64,000 nt of DNA from Podarcis filfolensis (taxonomy: Eukaryota). A program made the translations under genes and the position numbers. Positions 1-12,372 of this stretch are shown here, piece by piece (within the stretch, counting starts at the first letter, position 1; every line of letters begins with the position of its first letter). The notes under the pieces were generated by a model, which had not been told where the DNA came from, did no database searches, and saw only the letters and a program-made list of their open reading frames with translations. Location: NCBI GenBank assembly GCA_964270895.1, contig OZ185440.1. One strand, 5' to 3'.

Positions 1-1035
1 GTCTCAGGCTTCATGTACTTTAGTGCTATTGTACTAAACAAGATGCACAAACAACAGAAGAGTAACTTGGAAAAGTAGGTGCTTTTAAAGTACAGACTTC
101 AACCAGAAGTCCTGGCATGCAGAACAGGGTAGTCACTGTCCTGTGACCATTACAGGTACACAGGAAAAAGTGTGGGAACATAAGGGATGCAATGGCGGAG
201 CATTTGGACTGAGGGATGAACATTATCCCCTTCAGAACTAAGGCATAGACATTTCCTAACTCTCAATATCTACCACTCTCTATTAATTGGTCATTTTAGG
301 GCCTATAAAGTTATGGATTCTGTTTCTTTCATCAAAGGAATAATACCTTGGGTCAGAGAAAGTTGCTGATATATCTATAGGAATTGCTTCAGGTTATGGC
401 ACTGCTAAGTCTAGGCAACATCCTCTTAATTTCAATACTCAGCACCATTTTGAAAATACCTGATTTAGAACAGAAATTGAACTTCAATGGAAATATTGGA
501 GTAGCTTAAGCCACCTGCTAATTTTGATGTCTACCAATCACCTTTTGTCTAATATCTTGGAGCAACACAGCACTGTCAATAAGAGAAAGGCAGGTAAGAT
601 AACGGCACACCTTCCTTTCTCTAGTACAGTTGTTGCCCTTGCTGAGTGAGTCCTTGTCCAGGGAAGAATGAAGTCCCTGGGTTTCAGGTATACAGGTAAC
701 AATCCTATAAACAAAAATGATCCAGCATGAGAAAACTCTGCTTTTTCAATTACGTCAGTGGTGCTTTGCGTGTATCATAAACACAGCATCTCAAACGCAA
801 GTGTGATGTGGAATGAATTCAATGTGTTAAAAAGGCAGCTATGGTGCCTCTATCAGTTGCTCCTTCCTCTTCCTACTCTATACCAAGCAGCTTACACTGT
901 GAGCAAGGGGTGTCCACCCTGACCGAAACTTCAAATCAGTACTTTGCGTTCCTCAAAAAAAAGGAAAGGTCACACAGGAGTCTAACAAAGTAACAGATTA
1001 AGGCAAAACCCACTCTGCTGCCTACTCTCTATGTA

Positions 1036-1136
1036 CATGCACCCCATTCCCATCTCAAAACACGGAAATCTTTGGGATGGACTGCATGCAGATAAGGGTC
1101 TGTGCATTTTAAACATCAAGCGACAAAAGGCATGCA
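1036..1136 (-). promoter_or_regulatory. Three UGCAUG (Rbfox) motifs downstream of meB
   Basis: Plus-strand catgca at 1036, 1085 and 1131 equals minus-strand TGCATG, about 190-290 nt downstream of the meB donor. Confidence 0.55.
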
Positions 1137-1327
1137 AGCAGTGTGGTCAATGCTGTCAGCAAGGACATAGCAATTAGGAAGCAGATTCAGGCCTGCTATG
1201 GCAGTGCCTGGCAGAGAGCCAGGGGCCATCAGACCCTCCCCTTGCAGGGCTGGCTCTCCATCCCCTACTGGAAAAGTCTCATCAGAGGTGGCATACTGTA
1301 GATGGATAAGAAGTGAAAAGGACCAAC

Positions 1328-1339
1328 CTTCTCGCGGAT
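1328..1339 (-). CDS. PTPRF: PTPRF microexon meB, 12 nt, encoding DPRE (Ig2-Ig3 linker)
   Basis: tttcatctctcag|ATCCGCGAGAAG|gttggt, phase 1-1, downstream of the ...NLYVR exon. It encodes D-P-R-E, matching the x-x-R-E pattern of LAR-RPTP meB. Confidence 0.88.
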
Positions 1340-4300
1340 CTGAGAGATGAAAGTTTGTTTTGTTTGATGACATTGTGCGATGAAGATGAGAAGGGAATAA
1401 AAAAAGACAAGGAAAAACACAGAGAGTAAAAACAGGCCAAGCTGCATGTGTCTGCACAGCACTGAAACAACAAGACATGATGGTAGAGACCGGCCAGGAC
1501 TACCCACTGTGCAACTGCGCACGCACACACACAAACAAACATTCCTGCCACAGAACACTGGATTCAGCTTCTCTTCCTCATCCAGATGCACACAACCAGA
1601 CCATCAGTATATAGGAGCACATGTCCCAAGAGCACCAAGAGCCAAGTTGATTTTGGTAGGCTGCCCCCACTTCTGGCCAAGTACAGGCAAGAACAAGTGT
1701 GCACACACTCATGGACATACCCACCACATTTCAGACACCACAGGATTTTCAGTCAAGTGCCAAGCTCCATTCCAACTGTACAGACAGTAGCGGAGGCACT
1801 TTAACCCCCACCTGCCTCTCTCACACAGCTCAGTATCTGCACACATGCCCCATCACTCCTCAACACAGAGGAAGCAGTCCTGGTGAACAATGGGAATTCT
1901 TTAAGCATGAAGAGCCTCTTTCTCCCTCTTTCCAAACAGAGCTAAAAGCAGCAGAGAAACATTAGTGCAGTATGAACCAGTTGCTGTGTCAGGACCCCTG
2001 ATGCACTGAACTGGGAAAGAAAGGAGGGCAAGAAGTCAAAGCAACAATCACCCCAAATCAGCAGGGCAATCCAGTACATTCCTGTTTTTGTTCCTGCAGG
2101 AGAGACAGTAAGAGGTTAGTTGTGTTTCCCTGAAGGGCATGGAAGACCTCGTTTCCTTTGCAGGAATGACCTTATAGCAGCTAATATCTGTGGTGAATCG
2201 CCTGAAATTGAACCCTTGCTGAGAGAATGCAGAGACTGTTCTGGTGGTTAGAAACTGCTTATGAGTCACATTTTAAGGATGGGAAAAGGCACGGCGGGTG
2301 TGGGGAGAGGACATTGCCTGTCAGCAGAACACACTCTCAATTAAAAGCCTTAATGGGAAAGATATACACTGTATGGTTGGTTCCATCAGTAATTCATTTG
2401 CAAGGATGAGAGAGGATGGGATTTCAGCTAGTTTTCATGATGTGCAGCCACCTACCTGCTCCTTAAACAGACTGCACCAAGAAGTACCATGGAAGCTAAG
2501 ATAGACTCCACAGTGCATATTCTCAGCACTGATACACAATAGATGTGGGGGAGGAAGGGGAAAGGAAGCACTGTACTCCTCTCTTTGCATAGAATCGAAG
2601 AGTATGTGCTCACTTGCTCAAGGACCAGAATGAAGTGTGTTGCAGTAGCCATTAAGTACAGAAAGTGGAAATATTGTTTTAGTTCTGCTTACTCCTTTGT
2701 CACCACCCTGGAGTGAATGGGAAAAGTACTTTCTCTTTTCTGAGTGTGACAGGAGGATTGTACCACATTTGTAGTTCCACAGTTGTTTCAGGGGATGATG
2801 GGAAGATGCCAAAGGTTCCGCCTTTGGATATGTAGTCAAATGATTGTTCATAAGATTCTATTATTTGAACCTAATCTGCTGTATGAAGGGATTAGAATCC
2901 CAGCTATATAACCTTCCTATTAAAAAAGGTTCAAATCTTTGGGACTTCAGCAATTTGGGTGGGTTTGAATTTTGGCTCAGTTCCCCATTTCTCAGTGAGG
3001 TGAGCAGACCTGTGTCTGGGGCTGTACCGCTTCAGAGTACAGATAGGAGGATTATATAATTAAAGATTCGCCAATATGGACCCAAAATATTAATAATAAT
3101 TCCTGTACGTTAGTAAATTAGTATTCTCTGAGAGAAGGCTAGGCTAGACTCTTTCCCTTTGACATTTAGTTTTCTAGGTGGAAGTGATATTTTTATAGGA
3201 AAGAGAGCATTGAATCATGTGAACCCCACTAAGCGGTCTGAAATGTATCAGCCCAAATACAGTTTTACTACCCCAGTGAAAAGTAGTTATATAGAGGCAA
3301 CTACTTTGCAAAATTACCAGCATTCCACAAAAAAGGAACTAACACTGAGGTAGGCAATATGAAAAGAAGACTCTGCTATCTGAGGTGCACAGCAATGCTA
3401 TACAACTCATCAGTACAAAGCCCAGGCCAGGCAAGCTGTAATGGTTTGCCCACATGTGTTTGTACTTTAGATTACAGTAAGCAAGGTTCACTTATGAAGC
3501 ACACTAATACAAACAGATAACTTTCTAGCCTGTCAGTCAAGAATGATCTTGGGGCCTGTAATTTGTTACTAATTGCTGGATTATCTCTTAATCACTTCTT
3601 ATACTAATGGATTATAGGAAATGAACATCTGCAGCTGAGTCTGCTCTGGAAAGACCCTGGATGGAAGCAGCTACACCTCATCTCATGTTGAAATTGTGCC
3701 TGCTTTATCAGTAAATATGCCAACACCTAGTGAATTGGAATGCTCACTTTCTCCCCAGAGCCCTTCTCTTCATCCCTTATCTCTGGCACTGCAGGAAGCA
3801 AGTCCTCCTGCTCTTTTCAGAACACTGGGACTTAAAGGCATGACAGTAAGAAGTGCAGTAGTTTACATCTTCCATGGAAAGAGCAATATATGCAAAATAT
3901 ACCTGACACCACAACCTCAAGTTCTGCTATCACCTACAGGAGCCAAGAGAGGCCTTAAGTGTTCCATGTTTCATGGGCCCCATCTGTCAGTAGTCTGACA
4001 GCAACTGCTAGTCTCACTTGATGAGGGGCAGCAGCATCAAAATAACAAATGTGATATTGGACAAGCAATCAGAAGGCACAATGCTGTTCCCAGTATTCCA
4101 CAGAGAAACAGAAAGTAAATGAAGAGGTTGAGAAACTCCTACTAACCCTGATTACTTTGATAAGGTCAGAGAAGCTCCCAGTAACCCTGATCACTTTGAT
4201 AATTTATGTATAAACCTTATAGCACATTCTCCTATCCTCTGCAGAAGAGCCAAAGTGGTAACAGTTAGGGTGACTACTTGCACAATAACCCCCACCCCAA

Positions 4301-4759
4301 ACAAGAAAATCCATCACCCAAAAAGAGGACAAAAAGAAGGCACTGGTTTGCCTAAAAATTGTATATGCCAATTTGTAGGTATAGATGCCCATTTAGAAAT
4401 AGCTGTTATAATTTAACTAACAATACAATGCATTTCATCATACTGGAGAAGTCTGTGACAAAGAAACTGGTGTGCTTGCTTAATATTTATTTTTAAGAAC
4501 TCCTATTTAAAATATTTACATGCTAACTCTTACCAGCTAGTTGTGCATAGAATTGTAGCCTTATTATTATTATTACTATTATTATCCAGTTACACTTCTA
4601 ACTTCTTTTTCCAGAAAAAGGGCAAGGCATGCCTTATCACAGTGTAAATTTGGTGTTTTTTTTAATCATAGCACCTTTCTGTATAAGGCTTATGAAGATT
4701 AACATTTTTTTAAAAGTCACAATGTGGTCAGCTTTTCGTACAGAAAGGTAGTTACAGTT

Positions 4760-4842
4760 CCATCTATTTACTCAGAAGCAACTCCCACTGAATTCAGTGG
4801 GTCTTACTCCCATGTAAATAAGTGGGTACAGGATTGCAGCCT
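4760..4842. repeat. Short squamate fold-back/MITE-like repeat
   Basis: Contains a perfect 18-bp palindrome CCCACTGAATTCAGTGGG (4784-4801) and ends in aggattgcagcc. Related copies lie at about 20885-20972 and 39735-39815. Confidence 0.6.
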
Positions 4843-6364
4843 AACCAATCTCTGGTTTTGTGGGTCAACATTTTACTTTAATAGTTGATTCAATTAGCAA
4901 TTTTATTGTTCATAAAAAAAATTCCTTCAAAATGGCATTACTAACAGGGCTGACCTAATCTGGATGACACAGTGATGGGTAACTCTTAGCTGATGCTCAA
5001 TTTATTTTGGTTTTACAGCACTCAAGAACTCTTAAGCGATGGAAGGATATGTGGCTCAGAGAGCAAACTTTTTTATGTGCAGGAGGAATATAACTAAACC
5101 AAATTATCCCCCCTGGAGTTTGTATCCACTGAAGCTGGTTGGGGAAAAACTGACGGAAAATGCAGAAGAGGCCAAGTGACAACCATTTCAACTTATAAGG
5201 TTGCTAGGAGAGAGAAAAAAACATTTTGGTAGGATGCCGCAAGAGCTAATCCAACCATCTGAGATCCACAAGCCACATTCAGCCTATGTACAGCTACTCA
5301 GACCATCCCCCTGCTCACATGCATGCTATATTTTATTCATGGAAAGAATTATCTCCTTTTCCCACTGACTGTTTTTTCCCCATGTGCACAAGATTAGTTG
5401 ATGTAGGGAAGTGGTTAAAGGTGTGGTCTAAGAGAGAGGAAGTACCCAGTTCAAAGAGCTCAGCTATGATTTGCTCCCAACAAGCAGGTCTCTCTCAGTT
5501 TCACCTCCTAATTTGCAGTATGTGGATACTGGTAGTGGTCTATTTTACAGAGTGTAAGGATTATTGAGAGGAGTTATGAAAATGATATGAGCACTAAGGA
5601 AAAGTGCTCGGTTATTATACATGCAGGTTATTATACACATAGAAAACTATATGGCATTGGAGGCACCAGCTACAGATTACTGTGGCTTGCCATTTACTTT
5701 TCTCAGAGCTACACAGAGACCACACACTGTAGGATGCTTCTAACTCTTTGGATGCACATCTGAACAAGGGTAAGGGACAAGTTGCATGTTATGTTGCAGC
5801 TATGGGTAACAAACCCCTGAATGGTTCCTCCTCTTCCCTTGCAAAGTGCTGTTGCAAGGGGATGCAGTGCAAGGAGGGAGGAGGAGGAGTAAAGGGGAAG
5901 GAGTAAAAGTGATTCTTAACCTTCCTTTACCAGCCACTTTCCCTTGAAACTGCAACCCTCATCTTTTCGTTTGTGAGGGTCCAGACCTGTGATTTCAAGC
6001 TTACCAGGAGTCCAGAACCTTGGCTGGGATAAAAGCAGCTGTGTGTGTGTGTGCGCGCACGCATATACACACCCACACAGGAATAGCAGTGGGAAAATTG
6101 AATACTCCATCCCCTGATGCAAACCAACCCTACCTTAGGACACTTTGCAAGCAAGAAGGGGTCATCATGGCTACAGTATTCCTTGCCTCTAGTGACATGA
6201 AACTTGTATGGTTTTCAATAATATAACATGTGGATAATATTTGTGCATACATCCTGTTCTGTTTTCTCAAACAAGGGAAGTAGCCTCTTGCTTTGGCAAT
6301 GGATTGGGAGCCAAAGGAATGGTGAAAGTCTTTCGCTGGGCTGGTTAGGGTGTCTATTTTGTTC

Positions 6365-6475
6365 TATAAAACAAAGCCGCCTGCAAAAAAAGCAAAAAAA
6401 AAAAAAAAAGAAAAAAGAAAAAAAAAAAGCAATAAAAAATATTTAAAAAAAAAATATAAAACAAAGCCGCCTGCA
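6365..6475 (+). repeat. 69-bp A-rich insert flanked by a 21-bp direct repeat
   Basis: TATAAAACAAAGCCGCCTGCA occurs at 6365-6385 and 6455-6475. The insert between them is almost pure A and includes aataaaaaatatttaaaaaaaaaa. Confidence 0.75.
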
Positions 6476-7106
6476 CAAATATAGTCCGAGAAACAGTACA
6501 TATGGCAAACCTCCACAGGGGACAATTTATGTAGTAACCTGTCTTTTATATACTATGGGGCTTTATCTCAATCCTGCAGCTTGGAGTCCAACCTTGTAAA
6601 GATTATACGCAATAAAAAGAGGCTTGTTTCGAAATTTATGCCTGAGAAATACAACAGTTAATAGAAAATGAGCCACACACACAGGGCTAGAAACATATCC
6701 TTACTAGAAGCTTGGCTTGTGTCACCTTATCTCCAGAGAGAGCCAGCCAGCCAGCCAGCTAGCTGAACAACCTGCTCTTCGCATCAAACCTGGGGTCACA
6801 GTTTACTGCACTCCTTAGAATCTAAAGGGAGTTCTCTAGCTAAATAGAGAAAGTCTCAACAAACAGGGAATCAGCCAGGTTTAAAGGTGAGGTTTCTTTG
6901 CCTTGGCAAGCTGTGTATTCAGGTGAAACATTAGCCTTCCCAAGCTTTTTCGGAAAGGCTCAACACAGAGAAAGATACTTAGGAAAAAATGTGAAAGTGA
7001 TTAAGAATGTCCAAAAATTTATACAACAATGTAAACATGAAATATGTTCAAACAAACACCCTCCCTTTACTCTGGGGAGATATGACATTATTTTTACTAG
7101 AGCTGA

Positions 7107-7108
<2 letters not shown>

Positions 7109-7144
<36 letters not shown>
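7109..7144. repeat. (AC)18 microsatellite
   Basis: Read directly from the sequence. Confidence 0.95.
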
Positions 7145-7147
<3 letters not shown>

Positions 7148-8479
7148 GTACAGGGTATATAAGGTCAATAATAAGCACATTATGCTTGAGAAATGGGCAT
7201 TTCTGCTGCACAGATAAAGAGTTCTGAGACTATCTGAAACTTCAGCATCGTACAGATTTGTATGTTGAAATTGTTCTGCAAGATGAAACGGCACCTGTAG
7301 AAAATGAGTGCTGAACACAATGAGAGTAACCGAGAGACCTAGAAGCAATCACACAGTAAGTCATTTTGGCTTCTCCTGGGAATAACTCTTCCTCAGCTTG
7401 GTTAAGGCAGCTCCCCTCCACCCCACAAATAAAAGGCGTGTGCATGAGTATTAGGAAGCAACGATCAAGTGGGGAGACAGAGAGAGAGAGAAAAGAGAAA
7501 AGACAGAGGAAGGAATGAAGATGAAAACAGTATTTCTAAATGGGTAGTTATTGAGATCCAGGACCTAAGAAGGAATAAAATATGATTTCAACTGCCAACC
7601 AGTCAAAGGCACCAAATTGACACTCTTCTTCTTTCCCACTGTTATGTAAGTACCAAACCACACCTCCAAGGGGTGTCTTACATTAATATCCCTGGCTAAT
7701 ACAAGGTCTGGCCAAGGAGAACACGCATTGTTCCCATGTAAAACAGAACAGAAAACTCATCAGCTTTTAATGAAGTGCCAAACTCTTTGCTCTCCAAACA
7801 CAAAATTCTGTATCAAATTTAACGTAGTGAGTGAAAAGACTTTGAGATCTGGGAATAATAACAAGTTAAGAAAACAGTCTGGCAAAGTGGCTTCGTGCAA
7901 CAAACTGAAGCCGATTCTCAGCAGGAATGGAAGCTATTGTAATAGCTTCTGCAATAATCCCCGTTGCTGACAAGGTGTTGACCAAGAGAGCTTATGGAAA
8001 CTAACATGCTATTCCAGAGTCAACATGATGCACCAACTCACCTGCAAGAGAACAAGTCAAGCTTATGAAATGAATGCTCAAAGCTTTATCTCATTAAAAT
8101 AAATAAACAAACCCTCCCCAAAAAGGGTGGCAGTGAGAAAAAGAGAGACCCACTAATTTCACAAAGCCCCCCAACACGCTTTTGTTTAACAAAATATACA
8201 AATAATTAAACATGAACTTCTGCCCCCTTTATGACAGTGGTTTAACCAGTTTGACCATTAAAGAAGCTCTGGCGAAAAAAATGAAATAAAGAAAAAAAAT
8301 ATGGCAAGAATTGACTTTCCAAAGCTTGAACTCAGTGACTGGTTGGGCATTTAGGTTTCCTCATTTACAATACATCATAAAGGTAACCTCTCACTGCAAC
8401 GTCTCATGGGTCATTAGCGAAGGTGTAGACACGGAAGAGAAGGTAGAAAGGGATGGAAGTTTGCCTTCTCCAACTTTAC

Positions 8480-8590
8480 CTCGCACATAAAGGTTGGCTG
8501 GAGCAGAGTAACGGGTCCCAGCACTGTTCGTGGCGACACATTCATATTTGCCTTGGTCTGACTCTTCACTGTTCTCAATCTGTAGAGCTC
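8480..8590 (-). CDS. PTPRF: PTPRF coding exon, second part of Ig2 domain; 111 nt, phase 1-1
   Basis: ttttccacatag|GA GCT CTA CAG...GTG CGA G|gtaaag translates as (G)[36 protein letters not shown], containing the Ig D-x-G-x-Y-x-C motif. Confidence 0.96.
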
Positions 8591-10169
8591 CTATGTGGAA
8601 AATAGAACACAGACAATATTGGTTATAATAATATATTTACAAAACATGTAAATTTTTGCTCTGTGTCCCTAACTTAGGACACAAAGGGCTTCTGGTAAAT
8701 GTGTGGCATGGCACTTCTCAGAGGGTCCACCAAACACCACTTCCACTTGGTTGTTGCTGAAAAGCATCTGCTGTGTCCAGTTTTTATAGCTGCACAGGCA
8801 AACAGTTACTGACACCTTTTCAATTCACTTCTTATGGAACACATCCATTTCTACCAAGCACAGAAACTTTCAAAATAATTCATGTTTATCCGTTGAAATA
8901 TCACAACAAATACCATCTTTACACAACCAATTTGCATCTTGGTGCACTACTCTCTTTCCTTTAATTATCAATTCGATTCTCTAAAATTAAACCTTCACTT
9001 CCCCATAAAGTATGAATAACAGAATCTTAGAAACCTACAAACCAAAAGGATTACAAGATTGTACCCTAAGAAGTCCTTTGCATCTCTGCTTCTGAAGACT
9101 ACTCCTTTCGTTTATGATAAAGACCTCAATACAACCATCAATACAATTAATAAGTCAGCATCAGAAAATGGTACAACTTGTGTTAAATCCAACTTAAACC
9201 TGAAATCAGCCCAACCCACATTAGGGACAAATACGGCTTGAATGGCATTCTTGTTCCTTATCTCGTCCATCATAGATGAGTGCTGAACCCTGTCCAGTTG
9301 TTTCCTCTGGAAATCATTTAAAATGGGCTGCATCTAGCTTGTGGAGGAAGTAAGGATGACAATGGTGAAGGGGAAAATAAGCAAAGGGTGAATGTAGAAG
9401 TAGCCTTGATGCCACTTTGCCAGATCAGAACCTCCATACTTCCTGAGCAGCAAAGACTTTCTTGGTTCTTCCAGAAGTTGAGATTCCAGAGATGGCAGAA
9501 GAGGGCATTTGCTCAGAAACACATACACACCTGAACCAAGAGAAAAAGCATTAACCTGTCTGCTTGTCAGAGTCTGAACCCATTTCCATTTGCCAGAGAA
9601 AACAGCACTGTGAACAGAAGCCAAAATTGCTGTCTCCGCTCTTCCCACTTCAAGGAACAGAGGTCAAATTCAGTTTTCATATCATTGCAACAGAAGGAAA
9701 ACTAATGTGAATCAACTGCCGCCACCTACATTATTTAGAAGGATAAATTGAGACTGTAGCCTAAGTCTATATGTCAGGGAGAGAAAAAATGAACCTCACT
9801 GAGCTTTGCTATGTAATAAAAATGATGTAGGGAGCCCTTCCTATTGTTACGCTGGGGCTGGCAGGGGGCAGTGCAGGGGACGCCAGCCAGAAAAGCCTTC
9901 CTTCTGCCACTCTTAAGGTGCTTTCACATATAATACTAATAAGTTGACTGTTCTTTAATACAGCAGCATCAGCATTGTCAGGTTTGTTTTTAATGTTTTG
10001 TAACCCAGACCAGGAAAACATCTACTACTACCAATACTACTACTGCTGCTGCTACGTTGCTGCTGTTGTTAAATTTATTACCCACCCTTCATCAGCAGGT
10101 GCCAGGGCTGGTTACTATGATTTAAATTCAGTATTAAAAACAGTTAAAACTAATTTCAGGTGGGTCCTG

Positions 10170-10640
10170 AAAACACACATCTGAAAACACCCAAAACACC
10201 AGGATAGCAAGGTGCGTCTTCAGCAACTGACAAAGGCTATATAGCAAAGGTGCCACTATTTATAAGCTGCTGCAAAGAATGTCCTCTCCTGAGCCATCAC
10301 CTTGAATTTCTGAGGGCGGCAGAGCCACCCAAAGGGTCTCTCTGCTGATCTTAATATCTGAGAGGGTCTGTAGAGAAGGCAGCAGTGTCTCAGATATTTG
10401 GGGCTTAAATAATTTAGAGCTTTAAAAACTAGCATGAGCACCTTGAATTGGCAGAAAATGTAGCTGTTTTAGAACAAACCCAGCCCGTGATCTGACCATT
10501 GAATTTTGAACCAGTTGAAGTTTCCAAGTCATCGTCATGTAGAGTAGTCCAATCTGGAAGTTACCAGAGCATGCAGCACTGTGGCGAAGTCCCCTCTGTC
10601 CATAAGGGGTTGTAGCTGGCAAACCAGCCATAGCAGGAAA
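10170..10640 (-). mobile_element. Degraded L2 LINE 3' fragment
   Basis: Minus-strand remnants KLQLVQN, HFLPI and LVFKALNYLSPKYL...LRS resemble the C-terminus of L2 ORF2. Boundaries are approximate. Confidence 0.65.
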
Positions 10641-12372
10641 TTAGCCACCTAAAGTGACAATGCTGGACAACACCCTCAAGCTATGAACCTGCTTCTTCTA
10701 GGGGATTGCAACCTTGCTCAGAAGAGGCTGCCCTCCCAGCTCCTGGATTTTCAGGATTCATTTTTAATTTGTTGGCCCACATCCAGTCCATCACTGCCTT
10801 CAAATATAACAAAAGCAAGTTTAAAATATAGTAACAGCAAGCAATGATGACCTGCATCATGGCTGACAGGAGGCAGAGGGAACCCCCAAGAAAGGGGATT
10901 CAAACTCCTAGCCTCCTGTTCCTTGACCCTGGATATTTCCAAACATTATGTATGTGTGTTTCCCTACATTGCTCCTCTCTACTTGTGAGGCACATGCATA
11001 TGCTTTATATCGCCTTCCCCAACCCCAAAATGTTTTGTACTAGAATTCTCATCATTCCTCACCATTGGCTATGCTAGCTGGGGCTGATGGGAATTGGGGA
11101 AGGCTACTCTCTACTGACTTGTAATTGCAAGTGAAAATAGTTAGTGGGGGTTGGTGGGCTTCATAAGCATGGTCAGAGATGGCTAAAATAAATAAATCCA
11201 CAGATACCTTCTCACCTTACATTTCTGCAGGTAGGTCTAATCTATGGAACATAGAAGTGTTCTGGTTTTGGCAGGAGCTGCCTTGCTTTACCAGCAAAGT
11301 TAATGAAAAATGTTGACTGTCTCATTAACAGAGCAATCCTATGAATGTTTACGCAGAAGCTTCACCTGAGTTCAGTTAAATTTATGTTCATATAAGTCCA
11401 CAAGAGTGAAACCTTTTTGAGGATTTGACGAGGAAGGCAAAAGCCTACTTTCACAATCTCACACTGGGTTCTTGCAGCTCTGCAGTTGCCAGTAGAGTAA
11501 AATGGTGCACAAAATTTTCTGGATCATGATTTATATATCAATACTTAACATGCCGCTTAGATTTTCAGCTCTAATAATCCTAGGTGCTACCTGGAATGGC
11601 AGCCAAATGCCCCCATTTCAAATTTATTTATTTTTTACGGCCAAATAAGCTAAATAAATAAAAACTACCACAGTGATGTTATTACTGATGCTCATTATGT
11701 TCCTGTTCAGCTGTGCCTCTTCTTCCCGAGCATGATGATTGGCATGGCTGGGACCTGGAATGAAGCTGGGTTTCTGTGATATATACAAGTGAGGCAGTCA
11801 CTGACGGAGAGCTATGAAACTGAGCAGCACACAAGGGCAAATGCAGGAATACAGCTCAATCACTGATTCCCCTTCCTTTTGTGTATCATGCATCTGGCAT
11901 TCATGCACTTTCCTCTTGTACTCCAGATACAGAAAAAGAGAGATTGAGATATGCAGATCCCAAGAGAAGCAGCACTACAAGGCTGCCAAAGAGGGTGCTA
12001 AGGGCAAAACAGCGTGAAATTTGGGCAATAGTAAAAGTATTAGATAAAAAGTTTCTCAGCCCTTCTCTGCCAATTATCAGATCTTTCTGTTTCAAAGTAA
12101 TTGTCCTTCTGCTTTGCAGTGGTGAAACTCACACTGGAGGAAAGTCTATCCAGTCAACGGGTACAAACGCTTTCCAATTGATTCCAATTTATTTTGTGAA
12201 GAAAAGGACCATTTAAAATGCTGTCTTCCCTTTAACACTTCCACTGCTTCTCATGTACCTGCAATGGCAAAATCTGAAGCATCAGAGGTCCATGACATGC
12301 CAGCATTTTCTGCTTCCAGGAGAAATATTTCTCGTAATATTTAATTGCATTCTATAACAACATAGAAAACTT

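Noticed and set aside
1-1327. Downstream Ig3 exon (VRRVAPRFSIPP)
   Set aside because: Not found; it probably lies beyond the left edge.
4143-4202. 21-bp near-direct repeat with a 39-bp period (taaccctgattactttgataa)
   Set aside because: Only two copies, consistent with an ordinary slippage duplication; not a CRISPR-like array.
11195-11240. Plus-strand ttctgcag|GTAGGT acceptor/donor junction
   Set aside because: It is antisense to PTPRF with no supporting gene, and shows that such motifs arise by chance.
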